From contig OZ024742.1 in NCBI GenBank assembly GCA_964016885.1, positions 40,672,001-40,736,000 on the forward strand: DNA of 64,000 nt, read 5' to 3'. Shown here piece after piece: positions 14,136-29,878 of the stretch. Both the position numbers and the translations under genes were made by a program. The notes under the pieces were generated by a model. It saw nothing but the letters and a program-made list of their open reading frames with translations. It searched no databases and was not told where the DNA came from. This DNA comes from Eledone cirrhosa. Its lineage: Eukaryota. Numbering within the stretch: the first letter of the stretch is position 1; each line of letters starts with the position of its first letter.

Positions 14136-16083
14136 TTTAACATTATAGTAATTTTAATATGTATATTAAATTGTGTACTAAGTAGCCGAAGTATACGTTA
14201 AATTAAGACATATCAAGTACAGAGTTTAATCTAGACGGCGTAAATGTTTATATAAATATAGATGCTGAGTACATGTAAACACATTTTTTCAGTCCCGGTT
14301 AAATTCTATACTGTATATGGAGTTTAAATTTTACTTATACTGCGGCAGATTATTACGCAATTTATCATATTAAACTTAACTACCAACATAGGCACAAACC
14401 ATATGCAAATTAGTACATACTTTCGTGAGTTCTCTTACATTTATAAGACACCAGCTACGTATTTCCTCGTAATTGTTTGATGTACATATTTACAATGAAA
14501 TACATAAATTTGCCATGTTTACACGTCTATATACTCAATGTGTAAATATATATGTACATTTATACGATTTCATTTCGGTTAAACTGTGTCCTGTATATGT
14601 ACAGATATAAATCTAATATAGTCATTAATTTTGTTTGATTTCTTTCTTTTTCTTACCAAACCTCCGTCATTCATTTAACCAATTTATGGCATCAAAGTTT
14701 ATTGCTATATTCTTAGAATTTGCTCATGCCTTCAGTACTATTCTGAAATTTGATGCATTTATTATGTCCATTTATTTCTAATTGGTGAATGACTTAGTGG
14801 TTAGGGTGTTAGATTCGATTCTTGGACGGTGTGGCGTGTTGTGTGTGTTCTTGAGCAAAATACTATATTTTACGTAGTTCCTTTTCCCGCTCGAAACTCC
14901 CGGCAGATAATATCAGTAATGGAAAAACCAAAATGCTTCCTTGGTCTGATCTTTGCTTTTATTTCTAGGCTTGTCTTTCTTCTATAATTCCTTATTTTAA
15001 GGTATAACAGCATATTATATGCAGTTATAAGCTTTCCGCTCTTCGTTATAACCTTTGTGCATTTATCTACTGTCATGTTTATACAAATAACATTGCTAAA
15101 ATCTGCATTGTTTCTAATACTTTGTTAATTTGGTTATCATATCTTGATAATGATTTTAAGTCAGAATAATAATGTTATTTTCTAACATTAGCTCAAGGCA
15201 AGAACCCGTTGTTTTAGGAAGGATATAAGTTCTTGTCCATTAATTGGTACAATTTGGACAATAGACAATACCATCTCAGTAAAAGAAGGTTGGAAATTTA
15301 TGTAAATGTGAAGATCTCAAAATCTATTATATTAAAACCGGTGTAGCTGTCGCGTTGGGAGTTTGTCACGCTCTCTAAAGAGGAGGAGAAGTGTTTGTAC
15401 GTGCAGCAGAGTGGGAAGGAGAGAGAGAGAGAGAGAGAATAAAGAAAGAAAGAAACAAACAAACAAACAATGAAACAAACAATAAATAAATAAATAAATA
15501 AAGTGGTAGCGGCAGTGGTGGTGATGGTGGGGGTGGCGGCCGCGTGGTGATGGTGGTGGCGACAACGCAATTTTTATTTTTTATCTCAAGGCTTTATGGA
15601 AAGAGGATGGAAAGAGTGTGTGTGTGGATGGGAGAGAGAGAGAAAAAAGAGAGAGAAAGAAAGAGAGAAAGAGAGGGAGAGAAAAAGGGGGGAAACGACA
15701 ATAACAAAATTTTATGGTGGTAAAAGTGTTATGTGAGAAAGCTGCAAGAGAATATAAGTGATTTTTTTTATAAATCTTGAATTATATTGTTTGTGTATAT
15801 AAGACATTTAAAATGTCATATTGATATTTAATACTTGCTGGTTGTTAAACCATGGAATTTCAATTATGAGACTACTGAAAATAGCGAAGTATTATACAAA
15901 TAGAATATCATAAAACATCGCGTCCTCTTCTTTTAAACTTCACCAATTCACCGCCCTTCGATTGGATGAAATGCAAAATTGATCTCAGTAAGATTTGAAC
16001 TCAGAGTATTTAATGCGATGCTCTTACGATTCTGCCAATTCGCTGCCTGTCTAAAATGTGTGTAAAAAGGATTCATGCAAAAA

Positions 16084-16084
<1 letters not shown>

Positions 16085-16114
<30 letters not shown>

Positions 16115-16490
16115 CTTCTTCTTCTTCTTCTTCTTCTTCTTCTTCTTGAGAGGGTCGTGGGGGAAGAGTCCTCAAGCACTCCTTCCAGTAGGTCCTGTCA
16201 GAAGCAACCGTCTCCAATTGATCTGGCTGGTCGGATCCCCAAGAGTGATCAGCCAAGCTCATGGATGTTATCCAACCATCTTGCTCGGAGTCTACCCCTG
16301 GGTCTCTGGTCGGCTGGTTTTTCCCGTAAAAATCTGTCCAGAGATTCTTTTCTGAGACATTCTAACCACATGCCATAGTATCGGAGCTGTGATCACTCAA
16401 TTCGGAGAAGTAGTGGCTCTACCTGGAGTGACTCTCTGATCTCCGAGTTACGCACTTTATCGAGTAACGTTACTCCAAATGAGTTTCCTC
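16085..16490 (-). mobile_element. RTE LINE 3' fragment with (GAA)n tail
   Basis: Minus-strand C-terminus ...ETVASDRTYWKECLRTLPPRPSQ runs directly into (GAA)n. Confidence 0.75.
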
Positions 16491-16669
16491 CGAAGAAGGT
16501 TCGAAGCTAAAATAAAAATAATAAGTTCAACTCACGAATTGAGATGGAATTAAGAATGGACCTCCGTCAGTTTCAACTATCAGTGTTCAAGGTTTTCATG
16601 GCTGAATATTCCTCAGACATGTGTACGTTTTAACGTGATTCTCAGAGAGATTCGGCGTGACTTAGTGTG

Positions 16670-16863
16670 CAGACCTGCCAACCTCTAAAAACCTAAACGG
16701 GAAGAACCATGAAAAAAAGTGCCCTAAAACGGGAGAAATGAGGTAAAACGGGGAGATTTAACATAATGAAAGCTATACCCATTTTCACAAGAGAAGACAT
16801 CTCTCGCCCCTCCCGAAGTGGGTGGGAGATCTCCCTGTCGGACTGGGAGAGTTGACAGGTCTG
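16670..16863. mobile_element. ~195-bp MITE, copy 2, inserted in a family-B SINE
   Basis: TIR CAGACCTGCCAAC / GTTGACAGGTCTG; imperfect flank duplication tagtgtg/cagtgtg. Confidence 0.75.
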
Positions 16864-17402
16864 CAGTGTGGGACAAGGCTGGTCCTTTGAATTGCAGGTA
16901 CAATTCATTCGACTACCCAGTTTCACGCATAAGGCTTGGGTCGATCCGTGACTATGGTAAATGACACTTGCCTAGGTTGCTACTCAGTGGATCGAACCGA
17001 CTATCGATTGATTGCGAAGCGAACTTCTTAACCATTCAGCCATGCAGTGTCCACAAATGTCGAAATATTATCTCTTTGAATAACTGAAAATGTTCCATCG
17101 TGTAAAGAACTAAGGAAAAGAACTCTACCGATATTACAAGTGAGAAGAAGAAATATTCAACACTTGCGCACCTCCGGAATATTGATATATGAAAATATTA
17201 CCAACACAGAATTGAATTAACACCAGAAATATGAACGTAGTTACATAGTTACATATATCAATTCATCAATTCACATATATGAACATTATCTCCTCAACAC
17301 AATTACACGCGCATGCGCGTTCACACACAGACAGACATACACACAGACACACATATATATATAAATGTGTGTGTGTGTACATTTACATATATATACATAT
17401 AC

Positions 17403-17442
<40 letters not shown>

Positions 17443-17537
17443 ATATATATATGCATACATACATATGCATACATACATATGCATACATACATACAAATAC
17501 ACAGACACATATATATATAAATGTGTCTGTGTACATT

Positions 17538-17590
<53 letters not shown>

Positions 17591-17739
17591 ATATATATAT
17601 ATAGATAGATAGATAGATACATACATACATACATACATACATACATACATACATACATACATACATACATACATACATACATACATACATACATACATAC
17701 GTGTGTGCGTATGTGTTTGAATACTGATACGTATGTCAG

Positions 17740-17867
17740 CTAAAACGAAGAGACAGTTGAAAATATAATGAAGTAACATATTGAAATATATACATAATGT
17801 ATTCTATATCTTCTAGAATATATTTCAATATGCTGCTTGATTTTATTTTCAAAAGTCTCTTCGTTTT
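17740..17867. repeat. Imperfect ~50-bp-arm inverted repeat
   Basis: aaaacgaagagac...catattgaaatata versus tatatttcaatatg...gtctcttcgtttt. Confidence 0.75.
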
Positions 17868-18179
17868 ATATATGGAGAGCTCAATCAAAGAGAAAGGAAT
17901 CAGTTTTAGAGCAAAAACTATGATATCTAAGTACAGTTAAAAAAGAAGAAACCCATAATCTCTTTATTAGAATAAATATTTTATATATAATGGATTTAGT
18001 AAATGGAGGCGGTGAATTGACAGAGTTGTTCGAACGTCGGATAGATGCTTTGCAGTATTTGCTCTCTCAGTTCAAATCCCACCGAGGTCAACTTTGCCGT
18101 TCCTCCATTTAAGGTCGATAAAAAAGTACCAGTCTAGTACTTGGGTCGATTCTTCCTCTACACCTCTTTCTCACTTCCT

Positions 18180-18240
<61 letters not shown>

Positions 18241-18262
18241 TCTCTCTCTCTCTCTCACTCTC

Positions 18263-18296
<34 letters not shown>

Positions 18297-19227
18297 ACTG
18301 GAGGAGGTCTCTGGAAAAGGTCTCTGGAGGAGGTCGGCTGTATTCAGATCTGGAAAGGAGGTGGGCTCTGTCAGGTTTAAAGAAATTCCCTAGAAACACC
18401 GTACGTCATTATGGAGCTCCTTACGACTCCCTCATTAGTTACGGGTCCATACATACATTTCGTAAATGAGTGAAGGCACATGACATATTGATTAAGGTGT
18501 TCGACCCGCGATCGTAAGATCATGAGTTCGGTTCCCCTCAGCATGTTATGGCCTTAAGCAAGATACTTTATTTCACGTTGCTCCAGTTCACTCAGATAGC
18601 CAAAAACATTAATCTTACCTGTAGTTAAAAGGACACACTGCGTCATTCTGAATCTCTCCGATAACTACGTTAAGGGTGCACAAGTCCGTGGAATGCCCAG
18701 CCACTTGCACGTTAATTACACGAGCAGGCTGTTCTGTTGATCGTATCAACTGAAACACTCTTCACCGGAAGCAACCAAGCCCAACACACACATTCATACA
18801 CTGGTAGACAGAAAATAACAAACATTGGCAGTATCGGTAGAGGGTTGGACGCCATGCTTTCTAGCATAGTTACGTCCCTTTACAGTCTAAGTTCACATAC
18901 CGTCGAGGTTAACTTTGTCTTTCATCCTTACGGGTCGATAAAATAAAGTACCAGTAATACACTGGGATAATTGCTAGCCTTGTGCCAAAAATAGAAACAA
19001 TATTCAATACATAGTACACAGTTCAAACATATTAGGAGTCAGTTTAAATGGTAGAGTCATTAAAACATCGGAGAGAATGTTTCGTTCCAGCTCTTTACAT
19101 CCTGAGTTTAAATCACACCGAGATCAACTTAGCCGTCCATCCTTTCGAGTTCGAAAATAAAGTACCAGTTCAATACTAGGTCGATTCTTCCTTTTCATAT
19201 CTTTCTTACACACACACACACACACAT

Positions 19228-19290
<63 letters not shown>

Positions 19291-20432
19291 TACATACACA
19301 CATACACGTACATACACTCACACACGTACATACACATTCATATATTCTGTACCCTAGATATACTAGAAGCAGCAGCTAAATCTCCTTAAAATCACATGCA
19401 ACTGCTTTAGAAAAGGAATAAACACAATGGATAAAATAATCCTATATACTTCTAAAAAGACATTAGTGGTCATAGCTGGAATATGTTTGATCAAAGGTTT
19501 GCTCAATCAGGGTTCATATGAGGCTACAAAACAACAACAACAACATCTACATCTTTGCCCACATGCGGATGCCAGTGATTAAGTCTCTACGCCAGTGATC
19601 CTCAAAGTGGTCAATATCGACGCCAACAGTTCGATGACACTACACACGGGCTGTCGATTGAATGTATTGGCCAAAGCTGAACATTTATATAAGAAATGGT
19701 AACACTTAAAATATCAGTATCTAATTTAGGTAGTATGCCAGAATGTTTGGCGGGAGAGATAAGTCGATTACATCGACCCCAGTATTGGACTGATGCATTA
19801 TATTATCGACCTCGAAAGGATAACAAACAAAGCTTAACTCGGTGGAATTCCATCGAGAAAATAAAGGAGCTGTAACTAAATGTCATAAGGCATTTTATCC
19901 AATTCCATTTTCCTGGAAACAAAATATAATGGTTTCTGATTTAGGCACAAAGCCAGCAATTTTTGGGAGGGAAGGGGAAGTCAATTAAATCGATCCCAGT
20001 GCGTGACTGGTACTTTATTTTATCGACCCCGTAAGGATGAAAGGCAAAGCTAACCTCGGCAGGATTTGAATTCAGAACATAAAGGAACGAAACTACGCCG
20101 CGAAACATGATGTCCGACGCTCTATCGATTCTGCCAATTCACCACCCTCTGGTAACAAAATATAATACAATAAAATACAACTTACTTATAAAGATTTCTG
20201 ATTTATATATAATTAGTATTTATTATCTATTTATTTTATATTGTTTACTGATTGATTTATTTACTTATTTATTTTGGTATATTCCTGGGGTCAATGGAGA
20301 GGTCAAATATTCCATGAAGGGATCCATAGTTTGGAGCATCTCGTCTATGCTCAATCGCCAGACTTACTAGAAATAACAGCCAAAGGGCCTACTGCCCGAA
20401 AACGAGGCACATTGAATAATGTAGTTCTAAAT

Positions 20433-20757
20433 CAGAGGTTCTCAAACTTTCGAGACCACATAATACCCTCAGGGCCCCAACCCTATTTCCAGAGAGACCT
20501 GCCTACACGAAAATTGTAAATAATATATAATAAATAAAATCGTTAATTTATATATAATAAATAATATAATATATACTATGTATAAATAAATATTATATTT
20601 TTTTATTTTACTATATATATATATATGTATCATTTGATATTTTATACACTATTATAACATCTCTACCGCTCCCTTAGGCACCAGTGGCCCCCTGGACATT
20701 CTCAATGTCCCTCCCGGGGTAGTGGGGGGTGGGTGGCGCCCACTTTGAGAATCTTTG
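20433..20757. mobile_element. hAT-type MITE (partial inverted copy at about 51340-51603)
   Basis: TIR cagaggttctcaaa / tttgagaatctttg; 8-bp TSD-like flanks ttctaaat/ttctaagt. Confidence 0.75.
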
Positions 20758-21686
20758 TTCTAAGTGCACCAAGTCAAAAGAAAAATGCAATGACCATGGG
20801 GAAACCACTTTCAGTTATAGATTTGCTAAGTCAGCTTTGACAATAACACCAACAGCATCAACAAAAACAACGACGACAACAACAGCAACAATACTACCTG
20901 AGATTTTAACTCGAACTCTGGAAAATTCAGAAGAGTAAAGTATATTCCTTTATTGTTTCACTGGTTTTAGTTTCATTCTCCCAAATAGCTCTCACAAGTC
21001 TTTAATTCAGGCTAGAGTAGAAGATATTTGCCCAAAGTTTCACGCAGCGAAATTGAACCCAGAAACTACATTTTTGAGAAGCGAACTCCTTAACCACACA
21101 GCTATACCTGCGCCTATAAAAAATATTTTTAACACTGAAAAGTGGTAAAATCATAATGAATGCTATAGACCTTGAATTATTATATTGCTTTATGAGGAAT
21201 TCTTCTCCAATAAGGAACCTTATTCGCTTGGAATTGAACGAAATGTTTTAAATATTAAGAGACAAGGAGTTATATACAAGAGAGAAAGTAAGTTTCATGC
21301 ACCATTAACGTTGAGAATGTTTCAAAAAGTCCAAATCTAATTGAAGGAAAGACTGTATTCAGAAAAGAAAGTTTGCCAAAGTTTTCTGTTTAACAGCTAC
21401 TATGTCGAATATATTTACAAAGTGTGAAAAACAAGCCAATGATGACTTGATACCATGAAATGGTAGTTGGATAAGCTACAAAGATATGAGCAGTCGCTAA
21501 ATGGTGTTCGGAAATTGAATATTAAAAATAATGTCTATAAACAGACCACGTTTAAAATGTAACACTACGCAAGCGCACAGACTCATACACATAACCGTGT
21601 AAGTAAGCGAGTCTAACTTAGTATATATATATATATATATTATATATATATATATGTGTGTGTCTGTGACTGTGTGTGTGTGTTTG

Positions 21687-21851
<165 letters not shown>

Positions 21852-22153
21852 ATATATATGTGTGTGTGTGTGTATATATATATGTGTGTGTGTATGTATA
21901 TATATATATATATATATATATAGATGTGTATGTATATGTATATAAATTCGGCAAATTCCAGTTCCAGACTATTTGTTATCAGTTCGGCCAGCATCACTTG
22001 CAGACAGAAATCAACATCGATTTCAACATATTAAATAATTGCATTGTAGTCTATCGAACTGTGTATATACGTATTTATTTGGCTGAGGTAGCGGATATAT
22101 GTGTGTATGTGTGTGTGTGAGAGAGTTAGTGTGTGTGTGAGAGTTAGTATGTG

Positions 22154-22190
<37 letters not shown>

Positions 22191-22517
22191 CTATATGTGT
22201 GTCTATATGTGTGCTAATGTGTGTGTGTGAAAGAGAGTTAGTATGTGTGTATGTCAATGTGTATGTGTGTGTGTCAATGTGTGTGTGTGAAAGAGAGAGT
22301 GTGTGTGTGTGTATGTCAATGTGTGTGTGTGAGAGAGAGTTAGTGTGTGTGTATGTCAATGTGTGTGTGTGTATGTCAATGTGTGTGTGTGTATGTCAAT
22401 GTGTGTGTGTGTGTATGTCAATGTGTGTGTGTGTGTATGTCAATGTGTGTGTGTGTCAATTTGTGTGTGTGAAAGAGAGAGTGTGTGTGTGTGTCAATGT
22501 GTGTGTGTGAGAGAGAG

Positions 22518-22586
<69 letters not shown>

Positions 22587-22728
22587 ATGTGGTTGTCTAT
22601 AATGCGATAATATAATGTATAAAAGTCAATCATCCGATTCATAGGTATTTTAGAGTTTTACGTCAAACATACATATAAACATCTTCCACACACATATAGA
22701 ACCACTCACACACATACACACATACACA

Positions 22729-22760
<32 letters not shown>

Positions 22761-22765
22761 TACAT

Positions 22766-22915
<150 letters not shown>

Positions 22916-23123
22916 GCATATATATATATATGCGCATAATACATATATACATATATATATGTGTGTGTTTGTGCCTCTGTGTCTGTATATGTGTCTGTAT
23001 GAATGTGTACGTGTGTGTTTTTGCGGAGATAGGTAGTTTGGCAGTCAATGATTTGGACAGCTTTCACTCAGTGTTTTAAAAGCACGTGTCTAATCGATCA
23101 AATATCTGTATCCATTACCAGCA

Positions 23124-23172
<49 letters not shown>

Positions 23173-23884
23173 TATAACACCGGAACTAGCTGTTAAAACG
23201 ACAATGGCTCAGCCGTGGGGTCTCGACTCTTTATAATATATATATATGTATATATATGTATATATATACATATAAATGGGGGGGGATTCCCAGTGGTTGA
23301 CTGAGGAGATGGGACTATCCGTATTTCCGTTGTTGTTCGTCATGTGCGCTCCTTATTTTGAATTTATATTCGAAACACTTTATCCTACGGGGTTTTTTTT
23401 TTTTAAACTAACAAATAATAGACATCATGCTGCCAGGCCTGTTTTCCCCTATTCACCCTTCTTACCCTTTCTACGCCTCAGTGTCCTTCTTTGTTCACAT
23501 GTTGAACAACAGCGCATATTATTCTCTTCTGTTGGATTGGCAGTATCGGTAGAGAGTCGGACGCCATGTTTTCCAGCATAGTTACGTCCCTTTACGGTCT
23601 GAGTTCAAATCCCACCGAGGTTAACTTTGCCTTTCATTTTTATGGGGTCGATAAAATAAAGTACCAGTAATGTGCTGGGTAATTGCTGGCCTTGTGCCAA
23701 AAAGTAGAAACAATTATTCTCTTCTGTTTTACTATTTCTCTCCTTTCTATATTTTTTCTCCTTTGGCTAAGCCTTTGCACATTCTATATTTGTGTATTTT
23801 GTCTAAAGGCATAACTTGCCTCTACCTGTTTTGTTGGGTTCCAATGTGCACACACACATATATATATATACTCTCAATATATGT

Positions 23885-23945
<61 letters not shown>

Positions 23946-24024
23946 ATGCATTCAAATCTAGAAATACCAAAGAAAGGAAAATAGATTCAAATTTTGGAGG
24001 AAAGGTTTGGAAAATGCAGTATAA

Positions 24025-24139
<115 letters not shown>

Positions 24140-24329
24140 CATGTGTGTGTGCGCGCATGTGTGTGTGTGTGTAAAAATGAACTTAGCTCTGACATTAAGA
24201 AGGCCAAGACATTTTAAAATGTTTTATTTTCTCAGATTAAACAGAAAACCTATACGGAGTAGAAATTTATACATAAGAAAATCTACTTAATTAGAACGTC
24301 ACTAATGATTATAGAAAGACAAGTTCACA

Positions 24330-24990
24330 TGCTTATAAATATTTATATATTGAGAGCATAAAAGAAACATAGCATAGTAATTGAAATTACACAATAGCTA
24401 AGGAAGTTCAGTTAAGCCTAATGCCTAATCTCTTAAAGACCACAAGAAATGTTACCTTCAATCCAAAATGTAGGCTAATTATTCCAGCTAAAACAAATAT
24501 AAGACTAATCAGCATGAATTCTTATGATTGTTAATAACATCTAATAGCAGCTAAATTAACACAATGGAATAGCAGTTGTAATCTGGTTTTTAAACGCAAT
24601 CTTAGTTTACCCAGTATGACATTGTTGATTTCTATCTCTCAATCCATTAATTAACCTTTGCACGTTAATGCCCTAAACGTTACCAGAAGATAGAATAATA
24701 TAGACGGCTAACAGATAGAAATTATTATACATGTAAAAAAAGATTCTTATGATAAATATGGATTTTGCTTAGATCAAAAAATCAGATTCTACCGGTTCGT
24801 TCGGCGTCAGTTATATGATTGTTTGATAGTGCAGATAAACGCGACATTGTCGACATACTAAGTAACACATTCGTTACATCAAGCATGTGATTATATAGAG
24901 ATAACTGGCTAGTCATTTATATAGCAAACAACTGTAGATAAGATGAGCTATTATAAAATGTTTTAAAAAGTTGTATAGAAAACTTCTATG
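24330..24990 (+). mobile_element. Highly decayed Penelope-like RT fragment
   Basis: LKDHK, NPKCRLIIPAKTNI and YDIVDFYLSI match the RT motifs of the element at 59.5-60.9 kb. Confidence 0.7.
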
Positions 24991-25569
24991 AAAGATTCTA
25001 CTAATAAGTGGAGAATTTATGAGTGTACATATATGTTAAAACTGTTATGGTATGGAGTCGTAGGGGCGCTGTGTTGACATTTCTTGGACATTTTAAGCCT
25101 GCCGGAACCCATCTCTCCCCAATGTTAAAACTACCGAAGTTGTAATTAGAGAAATATTTAAAGCATTTGCGATAAAATTGTTTTAATTCTGAGTAAGTAT
25201 TTTTAAATTAGAGATATAAACAGTGTATGTAAATAGAACTTTAGCTAAAAGATTTCTATAATGGAATTGGATTCGTGGCAGGTATATCTATCCGTCCATC
25301 CCTTTATCTATTTATCTGTCTGTCTGTTTTTTATCTGTCTATCTGCCTTTTTGTCCGTTTATCAGACTACGGTCTATATTGCGTGCGCTCAGATTCTGTT
25401 GTGGTGCACATATGTGCACATACATATTCATACATAGAGTGTATGTATAGATTATCAAGGTATGTATGTATACATAAATATGTGTCGGCGTAACAGTCTC
25501 CCTGTGATGATATTTATACTGCCATTAAACCCTTTATCCTTTATGCTGAGGAAATATGAAGGATACGTA

Positions 25570-27070
25570 ATTGGCTCACAAGGGGCCAAAAATACTAACC
25601 TAAGACAGATTCTTAGTGAATAATTTGAAACTCTATGCCAAAAATATAAATAGTGTGAAGAAAAATCTTGACCTGGCTACATTTTTGAAAGATATAGGAA
25701 TGGAGTTTTGCCAAAATAGATGTATGATTGCAACGCTTGAAAAACAACAAGCCAATCTAGCAACCTCTCTATCAATGGCCTGACTGTTACACCAGTATCT
25801 GACGAGGACTGTTATAGATACGTGGAGGTTGATGAAAATATATTTTATGATGAAATTTGTAACAATGAGCAGGTAACCAGGGATTATAACAGCTGGTTGA
25901 AAACAATATGGTCTTCGTGCAATAAATCAGTAGCTAACAATGTGTTTGCGGTGCCTGTGATAACACCAATATTTGGACTACTTGATTTGTGCTAAATGAT
26001 AACCGAGCCATTGATGTTAAAACGTTATAACCGGCACCGGAGATTTCCACATCAACAGTGACATAAACCGTATCTACTTAAAATGTGAAACAGGGAGGCA
26101 GAAGTTCAACAACAATCCTAACAGCATTTGAATATCGTATCATATCCCTCCTTTAACATTTAATAACCACCAGGCGTAAAAGCCCATCCATAGAACAAGT
26201 CTATCTACATAAGGCAGATGACATCAGGAGAGATGAGAAGGAATCCTAAAACTTCAGACCCAGGAAAATTGTACGTCATTACTGCAACAAATCAGTGGAT
26301 TAAAACCTAAATTCGTATCAACAAAATGTCATGCGTTGGTATGTTGTCAGAAAACCTCAAAGTGAGAGTAATATACATAACTGAAGTAGTATATCTTGGA
26401 CTAACAACCTTTATATTAGATCTCACTTTGAAGAGTATGTTTTTGTAATCCAGGATCATGAAATAACGAAATGCCTGGTAGACAAAAGAGATAGAGATGC
26501 TGGAAAACACTTGGATATGGCAACAGATGCAGTCTGTGTTGATTAAGCATCAAGGATGTCACCCACATCAGCAGCTGTTCGAAGGTGTCATCATGATACT
26601 ACTTACCTGGGAGGCATGACGTTGTGGCTAAAACAATACACAATGCAGTCTGTAGAAATGATATCTCTGCTGATAAAAAAATATAAAAATTTCAGCAATG
26701 TGGAAGGCAAAGACACACATAATATGAAGGAGTACTGGAATGTTCCAGTCAAAACCCTAATATAATGTAAACATAAGAAACCAGACATAATGATATGGGA
26801 CAGACAAAAGAAGGCATGCACAGTAGTAAAAATCAGCTACCCAGCAGATATAATATTAAAGATTAGTGAAAAGGAGAGAATTTATGCCGAACTAATGAGG
26901 AATCTGCAGACACACCCCGCTGACTATACATTCGTAATTTTAACTGTGAAGATTGGGGAACTTGGATATGTTACTAACTCTTTCAGTGCAGGTCTTGAAA
27001 AGATGGGCTTCACAAAACCAGTAGGAGCGCGGCTAATTAGGAAATTGCAAATACAGATCTACACTTGCAA
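25570..27070 (+). mobile_element. Decayed REL-endonuclease LINE related to 46877-48225
   Basis: HNMKEYWNVPVKT, KPDIMIWDRQKKACTVVKISYPAD and IGELGYV. Confidence 0.75.
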
Positions 27071-27481
27071 TAACATCAATACTCGCACACACACATACAC
27101 ATACACACGCGCGCACACACTCTCACACGCACTCATACACACTCACACACATACATACATATTTACTTTGTTGATGTCTTCTAAATTTCAATGAAAGAGA
27201 CTTGTTTCTGTGTTAGACATCAGCTTTCTGCATGCATGTATAACTAGATACACAATTTGATAGTTAGTTCTTGTCTGCTCTTGTGTGAAGAATTGCAAAA
27301 CTGCAGCAAATTCATCGAGGTAAAAGTGAGACAAAATGATTGTTTAATCGTCCATAATAATCAACCAAATTACGATGAGCTGTGACGCGGAAAACAAAAT
27401 ACTGATAGAAAAAATACGACACCTTGAAAGGAATAATCAACTAACGACAGTGGGAGTTTAGTTCTTTTGTGTTCAGACCTG

Positions 27482-27524
<43 letters not shown>

Positions 27525-27817
27525 TTGTAAATAGCTGTCAATGCTTTCTGTATTACAACTGTATTGCTAATACAACAACAACAACAACTACTACTACTAC
27601 TACTACTACTACCACTGCTGCTGCTGCTGCAGTTACTACTATATTGCTAATACTCTATCTACTTGTTCAATTATGACTAAATCTGTGAAGTGCCAGAGTC
27701 GTAAAGGCGCGGGATTAAAATTACTTCGGTATTTGTTCTGGCTCTCTGCGGTCTCAGTTCAAATTTCTTCGAGGTCAGCTTTGCTTTTAATATTTTCGAG
27801 GGGGGACAAAACATATA

Positions 27818-27987
27818 CCGTATTTCCCGGCGTCGAAGACGCTACTTTTTTTCCTAAAATAAGTCTCAAAAATCTACCATGCGTCCTGGAGGTCGAAGGT
27901 TGTTTATTATTTTTTTTCAAATTTTTGGTTGTCAAAAATTAGGGTACGTCCTAGAGGACGAAGCGTCTTCGGCGCCGGGAAATACGG
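27818..27987. mobile_element. Tc1/mariner-superfamily MITE
   Basis: 26-bp TIR ccgtatttcccggcgtcgaagacgct / agcgtcttcggcgccgggaaatacgg, with TA on both sides. Confidence 0.85.
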
Positions 27988-28659
27988 TAATTACAATACC
28001 ATTTCATTTACTCGCGTTGTCTCTCTCTCTCTCTCTCTCTCCCACTTGTTTCTCCGTCTTTCTCTCTTTTTTTCCCTGGAAGAGACCAGCTATGAAAGGG
28101 ATAGGCTTCGCCTGGTTTACAATGGACAAGACACGCCGTGTGTCAGGACGGTGCTCCTACGACTCCATTAACAGTAATATACCTTTACTTTTGTTTCCTT
28201 TTTTATTGTAATAATTATGTCTACTTTGGGCACAAGGCCAGCAATTATCCCAGTGCATTACTGGTACTTTATTTTATCGACTCCGTAAGGATGAAAGGCA
28301 AAGTTAACCCTGGCGGGATTTGAACTCAGACCATAAAGGGCCGTAACTCTTTGCTGCAAAGCATGGCGTCCGACCCTCTACCGATACTGCCAATCCACTG
28401 CTGTAATAATGTTTGATTAAAACTAGCTACAGAACTATTGATAGAAGTAAAGAATATTTTCAAATATCCATTTGTCCAAATAGCTTCAGAGTTAATGCTT
28501 GGGGTATAGAAGAAGGGACAAAAGAGCGAGAGTAATAAGAAGTAAATAGATTGATGAATTATGTGTTCCAGGGAAAGAGGGACTGTAGCCAGCAGGTCCT
28601 AGAAAATATTGTATGACTCAGTCAAATCATACCGTAGTTCTTCACAAATACTTGGGTCT

Positions 28660-29225
28660 TACAAGGGTCGGCTGAAAAGTTCACAGGCTGATCGTGGAAT
28701 GTGACCAAATCAGGTTTATTTTTCAACATAGACCCGTTTACGATCCACACACTTCTTCCGTCGGTGTTGCAGTGCTTAGATCCCATTAGTGAAGAAGCTT
28801 TCATCCTGTTGGTTAAAAAAAAAGTCATCAACAGTAAATATGATGTCATCATCACTGCTATACTGGTTCCCAGCCAAGTATTTTTTCTTGTTGGGGAACA
28901 GATTATAGTCAGATGGGGCCAAATCAGGAGAATAAGGAGGGTAATCAGCCAGTTCAAAGCCACAGTCACGCACAACAGCCAGTGAAACCAAGAACCTATG
29001 TGCTATAACATTGTCCTGGTGAAACAGAAGCCCTGTTTTCCTGGCGTTTGGTCTTGATAGCCTTTTGTAACTGCCTCAGCAAGTTGGCATAATGCTCTTC
29101 ATTGATGGTGTGGCCCTTTTGAAGATAGTCAATAAACACAATGCCTTTTGCATCCCCAAAAACTGAGGCCATCACCATCCTTGCAGATGAAACGACCTTG
29201 GCCTTCTTTGGAGCAGGTGAGCATG
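28660..29225 (-). mobile_element. Mariner transposase 3' half with terminal repeat
   Basis: VMASVFGDAKGIVFIDYLQKGHTIN and PPYSPDLAPSDYNLF; TIR tacaagggtcggctgaaaagttc. Confidence 0.9.
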
Positions 29226-29673
29226 GTCAGACATTCTAGCATTCTACTGCATAGATTGTTTTTTGTTTTTTGTTTTTTGTTTTGTTTTTTGTCGCTGACT
29301 CAAAATGATGAACCCAACACTCATCCTAGGTTAGGAAATGTTCAAGGAAACCTGCTGGATCTGCCTACCCTCGTACAACATTCCCTCAGCCATGTGACCC
29401 AAACTATGGATACAAATACTTTGACACGTTATCATTGTTATATCCTGGAGTCACTGAAGTAGCCAAATGAATTGAAAGAGCGTTCATCTCTATTGTTTTA
29501 GGCAGCGATAAACACACTTCAGAAAGCTGTTTAATATATTTATAACTCGAGCTAGAAGTGTGTACATCTGATTGAATTAAGAATAATTTGAAAAATTTGA
29601 AATGTTGAATAAAGTCGTGCTAACGTAAATAATTATAATAGTAAGTTTGTTTTTGAAACGGCGAGCGAGTTTG

Positions 29674-29878
29674 AAAATAGAACTGGAAGCTTTCGCCGTA
29701 TTTTTTACTAAAGAAATGTTAGCCTGATAGTGGGGTTTAGAACCCTCTAAGAAATGGAAATGGATGAGTATTGACGTACAATACACATCTTTTTCTAGTT
29801 CTTAGAGGGTTCTAAACCCCACTATCAGGCTAACATTTCTTTAGTAAAACATACGGCGAAGGCTTCTATTTCTATTTT
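29674..29878. repeat. ~205-bp fold-back palindrome nested in an older, diverged inverted repeat (about 29552-29640 / 29905-29990)
   Basis: Arms are reverse complements; same family and apex as 12347-12559. Confidence 0.88.

Noticed and set aside
15298-15570. Possible exon or promoter in a GC-richer patch
   Set aside because: Mostly simple repeats, with no recognisable protein motif or clear splice pair
23300-23390. CTGAGGA...GAAAC candidate hammerhead
   Set aside because: Helices I-III cannot be formed convincingly
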